A stretch of 64,000 nucleotides of DNA from Mobula hypostoma (GCF_963921235.1 NC_086097.1:9548001-9612000), one strand, 5' to 3'. Numbered from the stretch's first letter, positions 12,819-26,638 are shown. Translations and numbers: made by a program. The notes: a model not told the origin generated them from the letters alone.

Positions 12819-13322
12819 CATTTTAATTCCAATTCCTATACCCATTCTGATGTGTTGGTCCATGGCCTCCTCTTTGGTCAAGATGAGGCCACCCTCAGTG
12901 TGGCGGGGCAACACCTTATATTCCACCTGGCGAGCCGCCAACCTGATGGCATCGATATTGATTGCTTCTTCCAGTAAAAAAATCCCCCCCCCATTCCTCT
13001 ATTCCCTACTCTGACCTTTCACCTATCCTCACCTACCTATTACTTCTCTTGTGTCCCCTCCTCCTTCCCCTTCTCCCATGGTCCACTCTGCTCCCCGATC
13101 AGATGACTTCTTTTCCAGCCCTTCACCTTTCCCACCCACCTGGTTTCACCTATCACGTTCTCGTTAGCCTCCTTCCCCTACCCCCACCTTCTTATTCTGA
13201 TATCTTCCCCCTTCCTTTCCAGTCCTGAAAAAGGGTCTCAGCATAAAACGTTGACTGTTTATTCATTTCCATAGATGCTGCCTGACCTGCTGTGTTTCTC
13301 CAGCATTTTGTGTGTGTGTTGT
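12819..13322 (+). mobile_element. Penelope-like element 3' end: GIY-YIG C-terminus plus pLTR with degenerate hammerhead
   Basis: 12819-12977 translates HFNSNSYTHSDVLVHGLLFGQDEATLSVAGQHLIFHLASRQPDGIDIDCFFQ*; cagtcctgaaaaagggtctcagcataaaacgttgactg at about 13220-13257; TSD tcaggttta (12809-12817 / 13323-13331). Confidence 0.8.
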
Positions 13323-14249
13323 TCAGGTTTAATATCATTGGCATATGTCATGAAATTTCTTGTTTTGTGACAGAACTGCATTGCAATACATAAATTTTAA
13401 AAAAGACTATAACATACAATAAATATATATTTATTAAATTAATTAAGTAGTGCAAAAAAGAGCAAAAAGAGAAAAAAAATCTGCTGTAGTGCACATTGAT
13501 TCATTGTCCATTCAGAAATCTGATGACAGATGGGAAGGAGCTGTTCCTGAAACATTGAGTGTGTGTCTTCAGGCTCCTGTACCTCCTCCTTGAAGGTATA
13601 AGTGAGAAGAGGAAGATTTTAAGAGTTATAGTTTACAAAGTTGTTGGAGATTAACTATGAAACATCATTTAGCTAGCTCCACATTTAAGTCTTGTAGAGT
13701 GCCACATTCTGCCACCAGATTCAATCACTGTGGTGTTGATATATCGGAGAAGTAGTGTTGATAGTGTTGAGAAGGTGGGGCAGTGGGACTAAATAGGATA
13801 AAATGGATCAGCTCATGATAAAATGGCAGAGCAGACTCAATGGGCCGAATGGCCTACTTCTGCTCCTTTGTCTTATGGTCTTATGGTCTTATAAATTTAG
13901 TACAAACAGCCTTGGAGAAGGGATTGGTGGGACAATAGCAGAACCAAAACACAAATCATAATTCACATCCACACAACTGACTGCACATTTGGATAAAGGC
14001 AAAGTGACAGGCAAAGACCAATGAACAAATGAGGGTCACTAAAGTGGGATGCTAGTGAGATAGCACAAATCTGAAATGTTAAACAACATATTCGTCAAAT
14101 TTGAGGGCATGCTATAAGAGTTCACATTGGCCAAGCAACAACAATGAGAGGTGTATTGGAAGAATTAGAAGAAAAATGTATTAGGAGATGCAAATAAGTG
14201 TTGAGTTCTCAGTGTGCTACACATTCTTCAGAACAAGAATTTACTATAA

Positions 14250-15010
14250 TGTCTTTCTATTCTGAGGCTGTGCCTTCTTGTCTTAAACTCTCCCACTATT
14301 GGAAACATCCCCTCCACGTCCACCCTATCTAAGCTTTGCAATATTCAATAGGTTTTAATGAGATCCCCCCTTATTCTTCTAAACTCCAGTGAGTGAAGAC
14401 CTAGAGCCATCAGACGTTCTTCAGACAATCCTTTCATTCCCATGAACAACCTCTGGACCCTCTCTGATACAAACACATCTTTTCTTGAATAAGGGGCCCA
14501 AAACTGCTCATAGTACTCCAAACCTGGTCAGATCAGTGCATTATAAAGCCTCAGGAATGCATCCTTGATTTTATATTCTAGTCCCCTTGAAATGATTGCC
14601 AACATTGCATTGACCTTCCTTACCACTATCTTAACCCACAAGTTAGCCTTTAAGGAATCCTGCACGAGGATTGATTTCTGAATTTTCTCCCCATTTAGAA
14701 AACAGTCTACACTTTTATTCCTTCTACCAAAGGGCAGGGCCATATATTTCCCTACACTATATTCCATTTTCCACTTCTATACTCATTCTCCCAATCTAAG
14801 TCCATCTACAGACATCCTGCTTCCTCAACACTACCTGCCCCCCACCCACCTATCTTTATATCGTCCGCAAACTTGGCCACAAACCCATCAGTTCCATCAT
14901 CCAAATTATTGAGATAAAACGTGAAAAGAAGCGGTCCCAACACTGACCCCTGCAGGGCACCACTTGTTATTGGCAGTCAACCAGAGAAGGTCCCCTTTAT
15001 TCCCATTCTT
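14250..15010 (-). mobile_element. Degenerate CR1 RT/3' fragment
   Basis: Minus-strand GSVLGPLL, KFADD and NAMLAIISRGLEYK remnants. Confidence 0.85.
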
Positions 15011-15152
15011 TGCCAGCATATGGATGATACAAGTACTTGTAGTAGTAGCTGTTGGTCTGAAATAAACAATTAACAAAAGTTCTGAGGTGCCTTATCCCAA
15101 AGAGTTGGGTTTTTCTTATGCGGTACTTGGCATTTATACAAAAGTTGTACAT

Positions 15153-15685
15153 TGACTGTATAAGTTTGTGATGCTGAGGCTTTAGAAGGCATTGATCAGA
15201 CCGCACTTGGAGTATTATGAGCAGTTTTGGGCCCCTTATCTAAGAAAAGACGTGTCAGCATTGGAGAGGATCCAAAGGAGGCTCATGAGTATGATTCCGG
15301 GAATGAGAGGATTAATTATAGCTCTAGACCTATACTTGTGGAGTTTAGAAGAATGAGGGGGGATGCTCCTTGAAACTTATCAAATATTGAAAGTTCTAGG
15401 TAGAGTGGATGTGGAGATGATGTTTCCTATCATCGGTGCATCTAGGCCCAGAGTGTACAGCCTCAGAATAGGGGCTCGTACATTTAGAACGGAGATGAGG
15501 ATGAATCTCTTTAGCCAGAAGCTAGTGAACCTGTGGAATTCATTGCCACAGACCACTGCAGAGACCAAGTTATTGGGCGTAGACAGGAGAATGGAGTTGA
15601 GGGGGATATTAATTCATCCATGCTGGAATGGCAGAGCAGACTTGAAAGGCCAAATGGTCTAATTCTTTTCCTATGTCTTATGGTC
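15153..15685 (+). mobile_element. Degenerate CR1 3' fragment
   Basis: LIRPHLEY, ETYQILK and VNLWNSLPQ; tail tcttatggtc. Confidence 0.85.
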
Positions 15686-16608
15686 ATTTGGACTGCATCC
15701 CAGATCATTGGACTCACTGTAATTTACAACCTGTTCCAATATCAACTGTCCCCTGGGTCAGGGCCAGAAATGCTGTTTCAGTGATTGTAAAGCTCATTGT
15801 GACCATCAGCTTCCACATTCACGTTTGGAACATTCAAGTAAACACTGGCAACTTTTCCAAATCTGCTGTGCTCTGCTGCATTCAAGAGATCAGAGATGCG
15901 CTCTGCTTGGCAGAAAGCAGCAGGCAAAGTGAACGGTGCTTTGCCAGTTCTGTTGGCTCCACAGGGACATGTATCATCCATTAGTGGAACTCCAAAATGA
16001 TTTACAACTGGGAGGATTCTGCTTCAGAGTCTGCATCTTGCTGGGCATTGCCAAGAGATATTTATGATGCAATCTGCTATGTGATGTATAGTCGTGCCAC
16101 CTCACTGAACTGAAGGCAGTCCACTGTGTGCCAGGCACTTTGATCCGAGCCTAATGCACAACTCATGTATACAAAGAAAACATGTGTATATTTCAAAAGC
16201 ATGTTAGTGCTGAAACTCCAAAGAAATTGCTCTTCACTTTGGCCAAAATGCTTCATTCTTCATCCAAATCAGCATTCCTTGTTCCAACTTCTCAAGTCTA
16301 AGGAATTAATCACTCAGTATTTCGGAAGCAATGCATACCTTGGCATCTCACACATCCTGATAGATCAAACCATTGCTCAATCAAGGACTGCTGCTTCAGT
16401 TATTCTGGAGAAGTCAAGCCTGCCAAAAAAAATTAGCTTTTAGGTAAACTCTGTTTCACACCAATAAATACCATTTAAAATTCTATTCAAAATCCATCCT
16501 CCTCCTCCCACCACTGTTAGGGAGCATTCTGGAGTAATATGAAGGAAACAATGTCATTGTAACTACTAAAACTGCATTGAATTACCAAACTGTTACCTTT
16601 AAGGGAGG

Positions 16609-16900
16609 CGGGATAGAGACATGTCTCCACCAAAGGAAGTGTAAGGCGCACCTTCCTTCCACAAGCCTGCAGGGCACCCTTGGGCAGGGTGCAGCACCAG
16701 CTCAGCCTCACAGTCAGGGTCAGGTGAAGCCATGGGAGCAGCTGGTACAGATCACAAGTCCTGGTTATGCGACAACTGATGCTGGGCAGACAATCTTTGA
16801 AGTGTATTGATAATGGCTGGGGTCAACTGTCTAATAAAGGCACTGCCCTTGTAAAGTCAATGACAAACCATATCTGTAGAAAAAATTGCCAAGAACAATC
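16609..16900 (+). mobile_element. SINE-like repeat with RTE/BovB-like tail
   Basis: Shared blocks caagtcctggttatgcgac...gtattgataatggctggggtca with 39951-40345 and 56047-56265. Confidence 0.7.
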
Positions 16901-17268
16901 AGAATCAGGTTCAATGTCATTGACATATGGCATGAAATTTGTTGTTTTATGTGTAAGTATATATAGTGGCCAGCACTATTTATTGCTCTTGTTTTAAAAT
17001 GCATTTGTGGGATTATGGTGGGATGGTCAAGTTCATTTAATGTTACATTTTAGCTTGGGCTATACAGTTATTCGCATGTGAGTTTGTGGGTCACACTGAC
17101 TATAACCCGGGTGTGTAATAATCACCTTTCCAACTTTCCCAGATCATAGCACCCTTCTGTTTTTGTGCTTGTCTCAATAAAAATGGCTGTTGAGTTAACG
17201 GGCCTTTCCAGTTTGTCATCATGAACTGACTGCTCACCACAAGATATATCATGATTGTATATCCTCCT

Positions 17269-17302
<34 letters not shown>

Positions 17303-18212
17303 TGTGACGAAAGAGGGTTACAAAGAGTACACATAGACTAAGATGTTAACTGTCCTGTGCTGGCACCAGTGGGATCAACAGTTGATCTGCCACCTGGCTT
17401 CAGGATAAAGAGAGATAAGGAAGACAATGGAGCAGCATTTGGAAATGTTAATGAAGAGACGGGAGAGTTTAACGGAAGGAGACACGGTCTGAGAGCTGTC
17501 AAGATCGGCTCCTTTTTGAACCCTGAACTGTTTGAAGTGTGATGGACAGGCGATACCCCAGCAGGGGGATAAAAGGGGACAGGTTCGCTAAGGCAGGACA
17601 CACACACGACACCACGAGGTAACGAGACCCTGGAAGCAGTGTGCCTCCCACAAGTCGGTGGGAGTTTTTGGAGGGCTGGTCGCGGGACCAAGCCATAGAC
17701 GCACAGGGTGGAAAGGTACGATCGGCGGGAACCTGGTGTGTGTCCGGCCTTGCCTGGGCGCCAGGTTCACTGCAGAGGAACGATCGTATCTGAAACGGAG
17801 GGGTCACATTCGGTGACCTCGGAAGACATTACAAAGGGCTCGCCCGAAAGCTGACTGTGAGGAATATCGAAGGTCTGTTTGGAATCCGATTTGAATATTC
17901 ATTCACTCTCTCTCTCTCTCTCCCATGGCAGTGATTACTGTGAACTGAACTGAACTCAATTGAACTGAACTCTGCGTCACTTTGAAACTGGTCATTTACC
18001 CCTAGACGACGATAGAGCTTGATTGATCCTATTATCCTAGATCTGTGTACATGTGTGTTTAATCATTGCTAACCTGTTGCATTTATATCCTTACTATTAG
18101 AGTACTGTGTTGCTTATTTCTTTAATAAAACTTTCTTAGTTCCAGTAATCCAGACTCCAACTGAGTGATCCATTTCTGCTGGTTTGGCAACCCAGTTACG
18201 GGGTTCGTAACA
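17303..18212 (+). mobile_element. Solo LTR, family B (910 bp, CpG-rich, probably young)
   Basis: tgtgacgaa...ttcgtaaca termini, 4-bp TSD atat in a (TA)n tract, aataaa at 18124. Confidence 0.88.
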
Positions 18213-18224
18213 ATATACATATGT

Positions 18225-18930
18225 TAAATTAAATAAATAGTGTGATTAAAGCTGTGAGGCAGTATGCATGAGTTCGATGCTTATCCAGAACTCTGATGGC
18301 AGAGAGGAAGAAGCTTTTCCTGAATCATTGAGTGTGTGCCTTCAGGCTCCTGTACCTCTTCCCTGATGGTAGCAATAAGAAGCGGACAGGGCCTGGGTGA
18401 TGGGGGTCCTTAATGATGGATGCCGCTCTTTTGAGGCATCGCTCCTTGAAGATGTTCTGGATATTGGGGAGGTTAGTGACCAAACTTTTTGCAGCTTCCT
18501 GTATATCGATCTTGTTCAGTGCCCTCCCCACCCCTGCGCACTAGATGGTGATGCATCTGGAATGCTCTCCATGGTAAATCTGTAGGAATTTGCTAGTGTC
18601 TTTGGTGACATACTAAAGCTCCTCAAACTCCTAATGCAATATAGCCACTCTGTGCCTTCCTTGTAACTGCATCGATACATTGGGGCCTGGAGAGATCCTC
18701 AGAGATGTCGACACCCTGGAATATGAAATTGCTCACCCTTTCCACTTCTGATCCCCCTTTGAAGACTTGGATGTGTTCCCTCGTTTTACTCTCCCGAAGT
18801 CCACAATCAATTCTTTGGTCTTACAGGCACTGAGTGCAAAGTTGTTACTGTGACACCACTCAACTAGCTGGTATAATTGGCTCCTGCATGCCTTCTCATC
18901 ACCATCTGAATCTCTGCTAACAGCAGTTCA
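18225..18930 (-). mobile_element. Degenerate Rex1/Babar fragment
   Basis: Minus ORF remnant RAASIIKDPHHPG...LLPSGKRYRSLK; a similar remnant lies at about 11000-11330. Confidence 0.75.
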
Positions 18931-19400
18931 AGATTCAAGTGTATTTATGATCAAAGAATGTATAAATTATACAATGTTGAGATTTGCTTGCTGACAGGTA
19001 GCCACAAAGCAAGAAATTCAATAAAAGAAAAAAATAAATAAAAATAAAAGACCAAACTCGATGCACAAGAGAAAGAGAGAAAAAAATACAAATCATGCAA
19101 ACAATTGAAGCAAACAACAGTTGTGTCATCAGCAAGTAGGTGTAGAGAGAGTAGAACAGTAGCTACACTGGTACAGGGGCCCAGATTGTGGAGCCTTTTG
19201 GTCAGATTTGTAGGAATGACTGTATTAAATACTGAGCTGTAGCCAATAAACAGCAGCCTGGCATAAGTATTAGCTTCATGGTCGTGGATAGAGAAAAAAG
19301 AATAAGAATAACAGATGGAAAAACAAATAAAAAAGATGGGAGACTACAATCAGCTACGTCATACAACATAGCACAGGACGATGATAATGATTATTGTCTT

Positions 19401-19547
19401 TGATCTTTAGGGTATAAAAATGTTTTTTCAGTTTGTAAGACTCCATTGAGAATATCTACAGAGGAATGCCGGCTTCTTGTGATGAAAGAAGACTTCTATA
19501 TCACCAGCTTCTGTGTCTCTCTGGTGACTTCACTCAGAGTCACAACA
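19401..19547 (+). mobile_element. 3' half of an old LTR, family C (related copies at about 40354-40505 and 55901-56040)
   Basis: Shared tgatctt.agggtataaaaatgt ... ttctatatcaccagcttctgtgt; TATA-like box; aataaa in the other copies; ends in CA. Confidence 0.5.
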
Positions 19548-20574
19548 ACCATTTCACATGCACTGTCTCAGATCTCCACATTACAAGACCTTTGAATGTA
19601 CATCACTCTGTGCAGATCGTATGGGATGAGGAAGGACTGGGGAAGAAACTCATTGGATATATTTTACAGCCATCTATTCTTTTACATTCATTTATAGATA
19701 TTTGTAGTTTATTTCACAAGGGCATAATAATCTGATTAAAAAACACAATCTTAAAGAGTGCTAAGGAATAATTTATAAGCACTGCACAAGCCAAACCTTG
19801 GTAACGTTTTTCTGAAAATCCAATAAATTGAACATGCTGCAATCCTGAAAAGAAACAATGAAGGATTTTTATTTTCAAAATTTGAGTTGTTGTGTGCTGC
19901 CAATATATTCTATTCTCACTGAATATAATTGCTTATCCTGCTTTACTATGTGCTGTTTAGATACTTATTAAAAAGGAGAATAAAACCGAATCATGTCAGC
20001 TTGAACCTATTGAACAAGTAAACAAGGTATGTAGGGATTCCTCCCAAGAGGGCAAAATATGCTCATAAGCTACCCAAAGAATTTCACATAATACATTTCT
20101 CACTAGCAGCTCTCCCTCCAAGGAGTCACGATTTTACTTGGGGTTTGGCAGCAAGGCAGTGAGGTATACACATTGCTGTGACATTCAAACAGACGATCAT
20201 AAAATCCAAGCAATCCTGTGACTGAACAAGTCCAACAGACTTCTAATACTCTTCTGGAGTTTTCCTAAATACAGGCAAGGGGCCCAGGAAAATTGTCACT
20301 CTCTAATCAAATACATATTTGTAGTTTGACTGTTTGTGTGCTACTTAGATTTAAATACATCTTGAAGAAATCAGGAATTTTTAAGAGGTAAAGCTACAGA
20401 CTGGCAAAATCCCATGTACAACACACACAAAATGTTGGAGGAACTCAACAGGTCAGGCAGCATTTTTATGGAAGTCAATAAACAGTCGATGTTTCAAGTC
20501 AAGACCCTGCTTCAGGACTGGAAAGGAAGGGGGCAGAAGCAACAATAAGAAGTGCCCCTTCTTTTCCAATTTTA

Positions 20575-21160
20575 TGACAGTCATCGGGGATTTCAATATA
20601 CAGATATATTGGGAAAATCAGGTTGGTGTTGGATCCCAAGGGGGGGATTTGTACAATGCCTACAAGATAGCTTTTTAGAGCAGATCGCGGTTGAGCCCAC
20701 TAGGAGATCAGCTATTCTAGATTTAGTGTTCTGTTATGAACCAGAATTGATTGGCGAGCTTAGGGTTGTGGAGCCCCTAGAGGTAAGAATGAGGAGGAGC
20801 TTCATTGAAGCCCACCAAATGTTAAAGGGCATCAGTAGAGTAGAATAGAGTGGAAAGGATGTGGGGTTCTGAGACCGGAGGACACAGCCTCTGAATAGAG
20901 GGATGTCTATTTAGGATGTAGATGAAGAGAAATTTCTTTACACAGTCTGTGAAATTTGTTACCACAGGTGGCTGTGGGGGTCAAGTCATTGGGTATATTT
21001 AAGGCAGAGGTTCTTCATTAGTCAAGGCATGAAGGGTTAGAGGAGAAGGCAGGAGATTGGGGCTGAGAGGGAAATGGATCAGTCATGATGAAATGGTGGA
21101 GCAGACTCGATGGGCCAAATGGCCTAATTCCTCTCCTATATCTTATGGCTTTATGTTCTA
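20575..21160 (+). mobile_element. Internally deleted CR1 remnant (APE piece joined to 3' end)
   Basis: DSFLEQIAVEPTRRSAILDLV joined directly to RMRRSFIEAHQMLKG and the CR1 3' UTR. Confidence 0.7.
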
Positions 21161-22601
21161 TTATATGCGTGTGTCGCTCTGGATTTTCAGCATCTAAAGA
21201 ATCTTGTATTTATAAAGTGACCTTTGTGTATACAAAATGGAACATATTCGCAAGCAACCAACGGACTAAATGGAAGAAATAAGACGTTTAAATATGTCAA
21301 CAATGCATCATCTTCCCCATTTGCCTATGTCAGGAACTAGTGGTAATTAGATCAAGCAATCTTCTCTAATAATGTGTTTCACTGGCACTATTTCGGATAA
21401 AATTTGACACAGCCATATAAAGGAGTGTCTTAATTGAGGAGAGATTAAAAGAGGGAATTCAAACCCAATTAAAAAATAACCAACCATGGAAAACTAAAAA
21501 TGAAAGTTCAAGTTCAGGTTTAACCATACAGATGAATTGAAACAAACAAAACGGTGTTCCTCTGGAACCATGACAAACCACAAGTCTATCATGAGCCTTA
21601 CGGCTTCCTGTATTCACTACGTGTTATCTTACTAGAGCCATTAATTCCTTGTGCTTTCAGGTTAATCTGGTCAATTTAATTGTGACTGGCAAACACAAAA
21701 ATATCTGCAGATGCTGGAAATCCAAGGTAAAACACACAAAATGCTGGAAGAACGCAGTAGGCCAAGCAGCATCTGTAGAAAGGAATGAACAGTTAACATC
21801 TTGAGCTGAGACCCTACACTATGACTGGAAATAAAGACGAGAAGTTTGAGGAAGGTGGTGGGGGGAGGGAAGGAAGAGGTACAAGGTGGTAGGTGTGAGG
21901 GAGTGGGAGAGAGAGAGAGCCTGTAGGATGTCAAAGTGTTGAGATGGAGAGTGATTTTTTTGAGGAACTTTAGATCATGGTCTCTAGGTGCTGGCTTGGT
22001 GGATGGTAGGTGTGGATTGTGCATTTGCTGCTGCTGGTGGGTGAGGTTCAAAGCTTCTGCTCTCTTTGGGGTGGGAGTTGGGGGGGCTTTGGGGTTCTAA
22101 TATTTTCTGTCATACATTCTTTGGGAATTTTCTTCTGTTTCATGGATGTCTGTGAAGAGTAAGAGTTTTAGGTTGTATACTGCACACACCCTCTGATATT
22201 AAACCCAACTACTGAACCAGTGAGTTGGCGTCAGTGATTCCTATGACAGAGAAAGCCTGCTGTTCTCTGTACCTGGGTCCTACTCTCTGAGAACACATGG
22301 TGATACAGTCACACACAGCACACAGCACATGGGCTATACAGTACATAAACAGTAGTAACAATGGCAGAAAAAAAAAGTCATAAAGAAATGGTCCAGCTCA
22401 AGTCCCAGAATGGCATGGCCTGTAGACTGATTGGGCAGAGGCTCAGGATAGATCTTTAGAGGTATTGACACTGCTCACCCACAATGCTGATCACTGCCAT
22501 TAGGTTGCCCCTCAGCCTCTGGGAGTGGGATTATTCGGAACGCACAGCCAGGGGAAGTGGTAGAAGCAGACACAATTTTGTCCAAAAGTCTTGGGCACAT
22601 A

Positions 22602-22951
22602 CAAGGGGTGATAGATATCCTAAGGTAGAAGGAGTCAATTTTAGAAAACCTAGCACATTTATTTTTCAACATAGTCCCCTCCTACACGTAGACACTTAGT
22701 CCAGCGGTCGTGGAGCATACGGATCCCTTCTTTGTAGAAGTGGGCCACAGCAGAGAGTGATTGATAAGTTCATGGCCTAAGCTAGACGGAGATGAGTTAT
22801 TAACTTCAAACTTTCTGCGTTATCACTCAAAGAGCTGAACTGCACGTGCATGTAACGAGAGCGTCTTGGACCTCCAGGTGGTCCACAGCAAGGGTGATTG
22901 ATAAGTTCGTGGCCTACGGTAGCAGAAGATGAGTTATACCGCTCTTGCTAC
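22602..22951 (-). mobile_element. Mariner-derived non-autonomous element (partial)
   Basis: TA|caaggggtg terminus; minus strand encodes the mariner C-terminus FYKEGIRMLHDRWTKCLRVGGDYVEK*; TIR motif repeated internally. Confidence 0.8.
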
Positions 22952-25032
22952 AGCAAAGTACAGTACAACAGAAACATTTAGACAGACATATGAGCAGGAT
23001 GGGAACAGAGGAGCACGAACCTTGTTTAGGCAATTTGTAATTATTTAGATTGGTATTGGAGCAGTCATCATCGACTGAAAGACCTCTTCCTGTTTTATAC
23101 TATTAGGACCATAAGACCATAAGATATAGGAGCAGAATTAGACTATTTGGTCCATCGGGTCAACTCTGCTATTCCAGTATAATTGAATTTGTATTCCTCT
23201 CAACCCCATTCTCCTGCTATCCTAGAGTGGGTTAGAGTGGTTGGAGGTGTTGATCATCTTTACTGCTTGGGGAAAGTAACTGTTTGTGAGCCTGGTTATC
23301 CCGGTGTGAATGCTGCATCATCTCTTCCCTGGTGGGAATGGGACAAAGGGTCCATGAGCAGAGCAGGTGGGACCTTCTTGCTGACCCTTTTCTGTACTAA
23401 TGTCCTTGATGGTGGGTAGGCCAGTGCTGATGATGGGTGGGGCAGTTTTACTTTCTACGCATTAAATTAGTGGTTGAAGATTTGAGAGAAATTCAATGAC
23501 TATTATCTTCTTTGGCACTCCTGAAAAAGTGATAAAGTGCTGTATAAATGCAAGTTATTCCATTTGTTTTGAACAAAGTAAGTTTGGATGAATGTGCTTG
23601 TTCCAGGTAATGCTGAGAAAGACAACCGCATTGTGTGTGCTCTATTCCTTCCATACTTGATTGAGGCTATTTGTCTGATTGAACCATGCCCTACTTTTCC
23701 ATTTCTCAAACAGAAGAAGAATTTCATCTTGTTGTAGGAATATAATTAGTTCCTAAAAAGATTTGAAGATAATTTAGAAAGCTCATTGTTCATGCTTTCC
23801 TGGAAAGAGATTTGCTGGAAAGCAAAAAATGTGACTGACTTTGAACTGATTTTGAAGTTCTTTTGCTTATTTTTAAAGTTCTTAATTGTCTGGGACCAGA
23901 GTACATCACAGAATCACTTTTGCTTTATGATCCTGCTCAAGCTGCCAGGTCTTCTTTGATCAGTCTTTTAAACTTACGCAATTTCCTCCAAAAAGATAAT
24001 TGGCCAGACAGCATTTTTTCTGATTTACGCTCCTAAACGGTCTCTGCCTCCCTGTCGTTTGCTGCTTGTGAAGGAAGGTACCTGTGCTCGAATTGTTTCT
24101 TTCTCCCTCGATGCTGTCGGAGGATGGTGCCAGACTCCTGGGTTTTGGGAAAGTTTAAATGACACAGTTTGTGGATAGGACTCAATAGTTCACATTATGA
24201 TTGGTTTCAAATCACTCCTTTTCTTGTTGCTATTTTGGGCAATTTTGAATTGGCGGTGGCCTGCAGGTAACAAACACTGAGCTGAACTGAATATTCCTGG
24301 ACTTTTTCAATTTTATGTTCTGTGTTTCTAGCTTGCTTTTTCACTATTTGTGTGATTTTTTTGTGTGTAGGAGGGTTGATGTTTTTCTTCGAACAGGTTC
24401 CCTGGTTCTGTGGCTGTCTGTGGAGAAGATGAATCTCAGAGTTGTATACTGCATACATGCTTTGATAATAAATGTACTTTGAATCTTTAAATTGTAAGGG
24501 ATGCAGACTCAGTTGACACATTTAAAATCTAGCTCCAAACCTATTTATTTAACCTTGACGTCTTTTTGTCTTTTATTTTCATGTTTGAACTTTATCCCTT
24601 TGTGAAGTACTTTGAAGTACATCGTCTGTATGAAAAGTTCTGTACAAATAAGTATTATTGTTATATTCTTTTTTCTCAGCTCAAGCTGGTAAAACTTGAG
24701 GTACAGGCATAGCCCAGAATACTGATTTCTCAATTGCTAGGAACTTTCGGACTACTCTAGTGTTTAGGATTGTGGCTTTCTGGAGATTTACAAAAATATT
24801 TACATAAATATTGATAGCTTAGTTGCTATTGTGTAGTGATGTTGGGATGAAACCAGTTGTATATACTACTATATTACTACAATGTATACCCTGTTCATGT
24901 TCTGTAGTCTTTCAATTTCCTCTTTTAATTCAGCATATTTCTTGTGTTTATCACTTATTCATTTCTGCATGTTGGGTATGTTTGGAATGTCTAGGTCTAT
25001 TAAGTAAGTTGTTCTTACTTGTTTATCCTGTA

Positions 25033-25555
25033 GTAAGACCCTAAGACTATAAGATATAGGAGCAGAATTAGGCCATTTGGCCCATCAAGTCTGCTTTTCT
25101 TTGGATCATGGCTGATGCATGATCCTCTCATTTCCTCTCAGCCCCAATTTCCTGACTTCTCCCCATATCCCTTCATGCCCTGACCAATCAAGAATCTATC
25201 AACCTCTACCTTAAATATACAGAACGACTTGGACTCCTCAGCTGTCTGCAACAAATTCCACAGATTCACCACTCTCTGGATGAAGAAATTCCTCCTCATC
25301 ACCGTTCTAAAAGGATGCCCCTTTATTCTGAGGCTATGTCCTCTGGTCTTAGACTCTCTAACCACAGGAAACATTCTCTCCACATGCACCCTATCAAGGT
25401 CTTTCACTATTTGATAGGTTTCAATGAGATCACCCCTCCTTCTTCTGAGTTCTAGTGAAAAGAGGCCCAGAGCCATCAAACTCTCTTCAAATGACAAGCC
25501 ATTCAATCATGGAATCATTTTCATGAATCTCCTTTGAACCGTCTCCGTTTCAGCA
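25033..25555 (-). mobile_element. CR1 3' fragment (similar fragments at about 26705-27150 and 40960-41442)
   Basis: ORF 25138-25506: LGLFSLELRRRRGDLIETY...RVVNLWN. Confidence 0.85.
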
Positions 25556-26353
25556 TAGTATTATATCCAGATGGTTATTATGGATTGTTCTATCTGTAGT
25601 AATGAGTCAGTAGTAATATAATTTATAGATCTCCAACTCTAAAACTGGATTGGGCTTGTATTTATAATAAGGTATTGTGTATTTTATGAGTTTGTACTTT
25701 CAAGCAAGATTTTGATGAATGATGTTTGCCATTTAATTGTGCCTGTGTAAGTAATCAGATTGAGTTAAACTACTGCAGGGTCCTGTCATGTGTTGAATTG
25801 TTTCTGGTTTCTCTCGTTATTTTCTGCATTTAGCATCTTGAATGTGTTTGGTATTTTATTATGTATTTTTGTTGCATTTTTTTGTGTTAACAACCTGCTT
25901 CTGTACTGCCACAAGGAACCCATCTGTTTCTTTGAAGAGGTCTCCCTGTTATTATTATTATTATTGTTATTATTAAAACCATTCTCAAATTGCTATTTAG
26001 GAATTGAGTGAGCTTCCTCTGACACCTTCTGTTAGCAATTCTCTGAGTGTTGCCATTTCTTGAGCTGTCAGAATGAGCACAGCATACAGCAACGATCCTT
26101 TGACCTGTTCTGTGAGTGGTATTTACCTATTGACAGCCAATCACAAATAACAGGGACAAACCACAACTTGTTGTGTGTGTTGTACAAAATCTATTTTGTT
26201 TCTTTTATTGTACTGATTGATTGTGTCATGAATAACAGCCAGTTTCGGGCATTGCATATAATTCTGCATTTGCACTTAAAGCTTTTTTATTTGAAAATAG
26301 CTGACCAAAAAACTTTTGAGAAAGCAAACTTTTTGCATTTACTGTATCTCATG

Positions 26354-26638
26354 GTGTTTTATGCGCGTGCAACAAAGCAGCACATCCAAATTCAATCAAG
26401 CACCATCGATCAAGGTTTAACGTCAAAGAAGGAGGGTGCCCACCTGATGACCCCGATGACGTACCTACCCTCCCTCCTTGTCACCACTCCAAGCCCACTG
26501 CCAACATCGAGAGTGCCGACTTACCATAGGGATTGAAACATCAAGTCCTAGTAGCTCTACTCTACTAATAGTGTTTTATGCTCATGCAACAAAGCAGCAC
26601 ATCCAAATTCAATCAAGCACAATCAATCAAGGTTTAAC
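26354..26638. repeat. 68-bp direct repeats (64/68 identical) with 217-bp period
   Basis: gtgttttatgc...caaggtttaac at 26354-26421 and 26571-26638. Confidence 0.9.
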
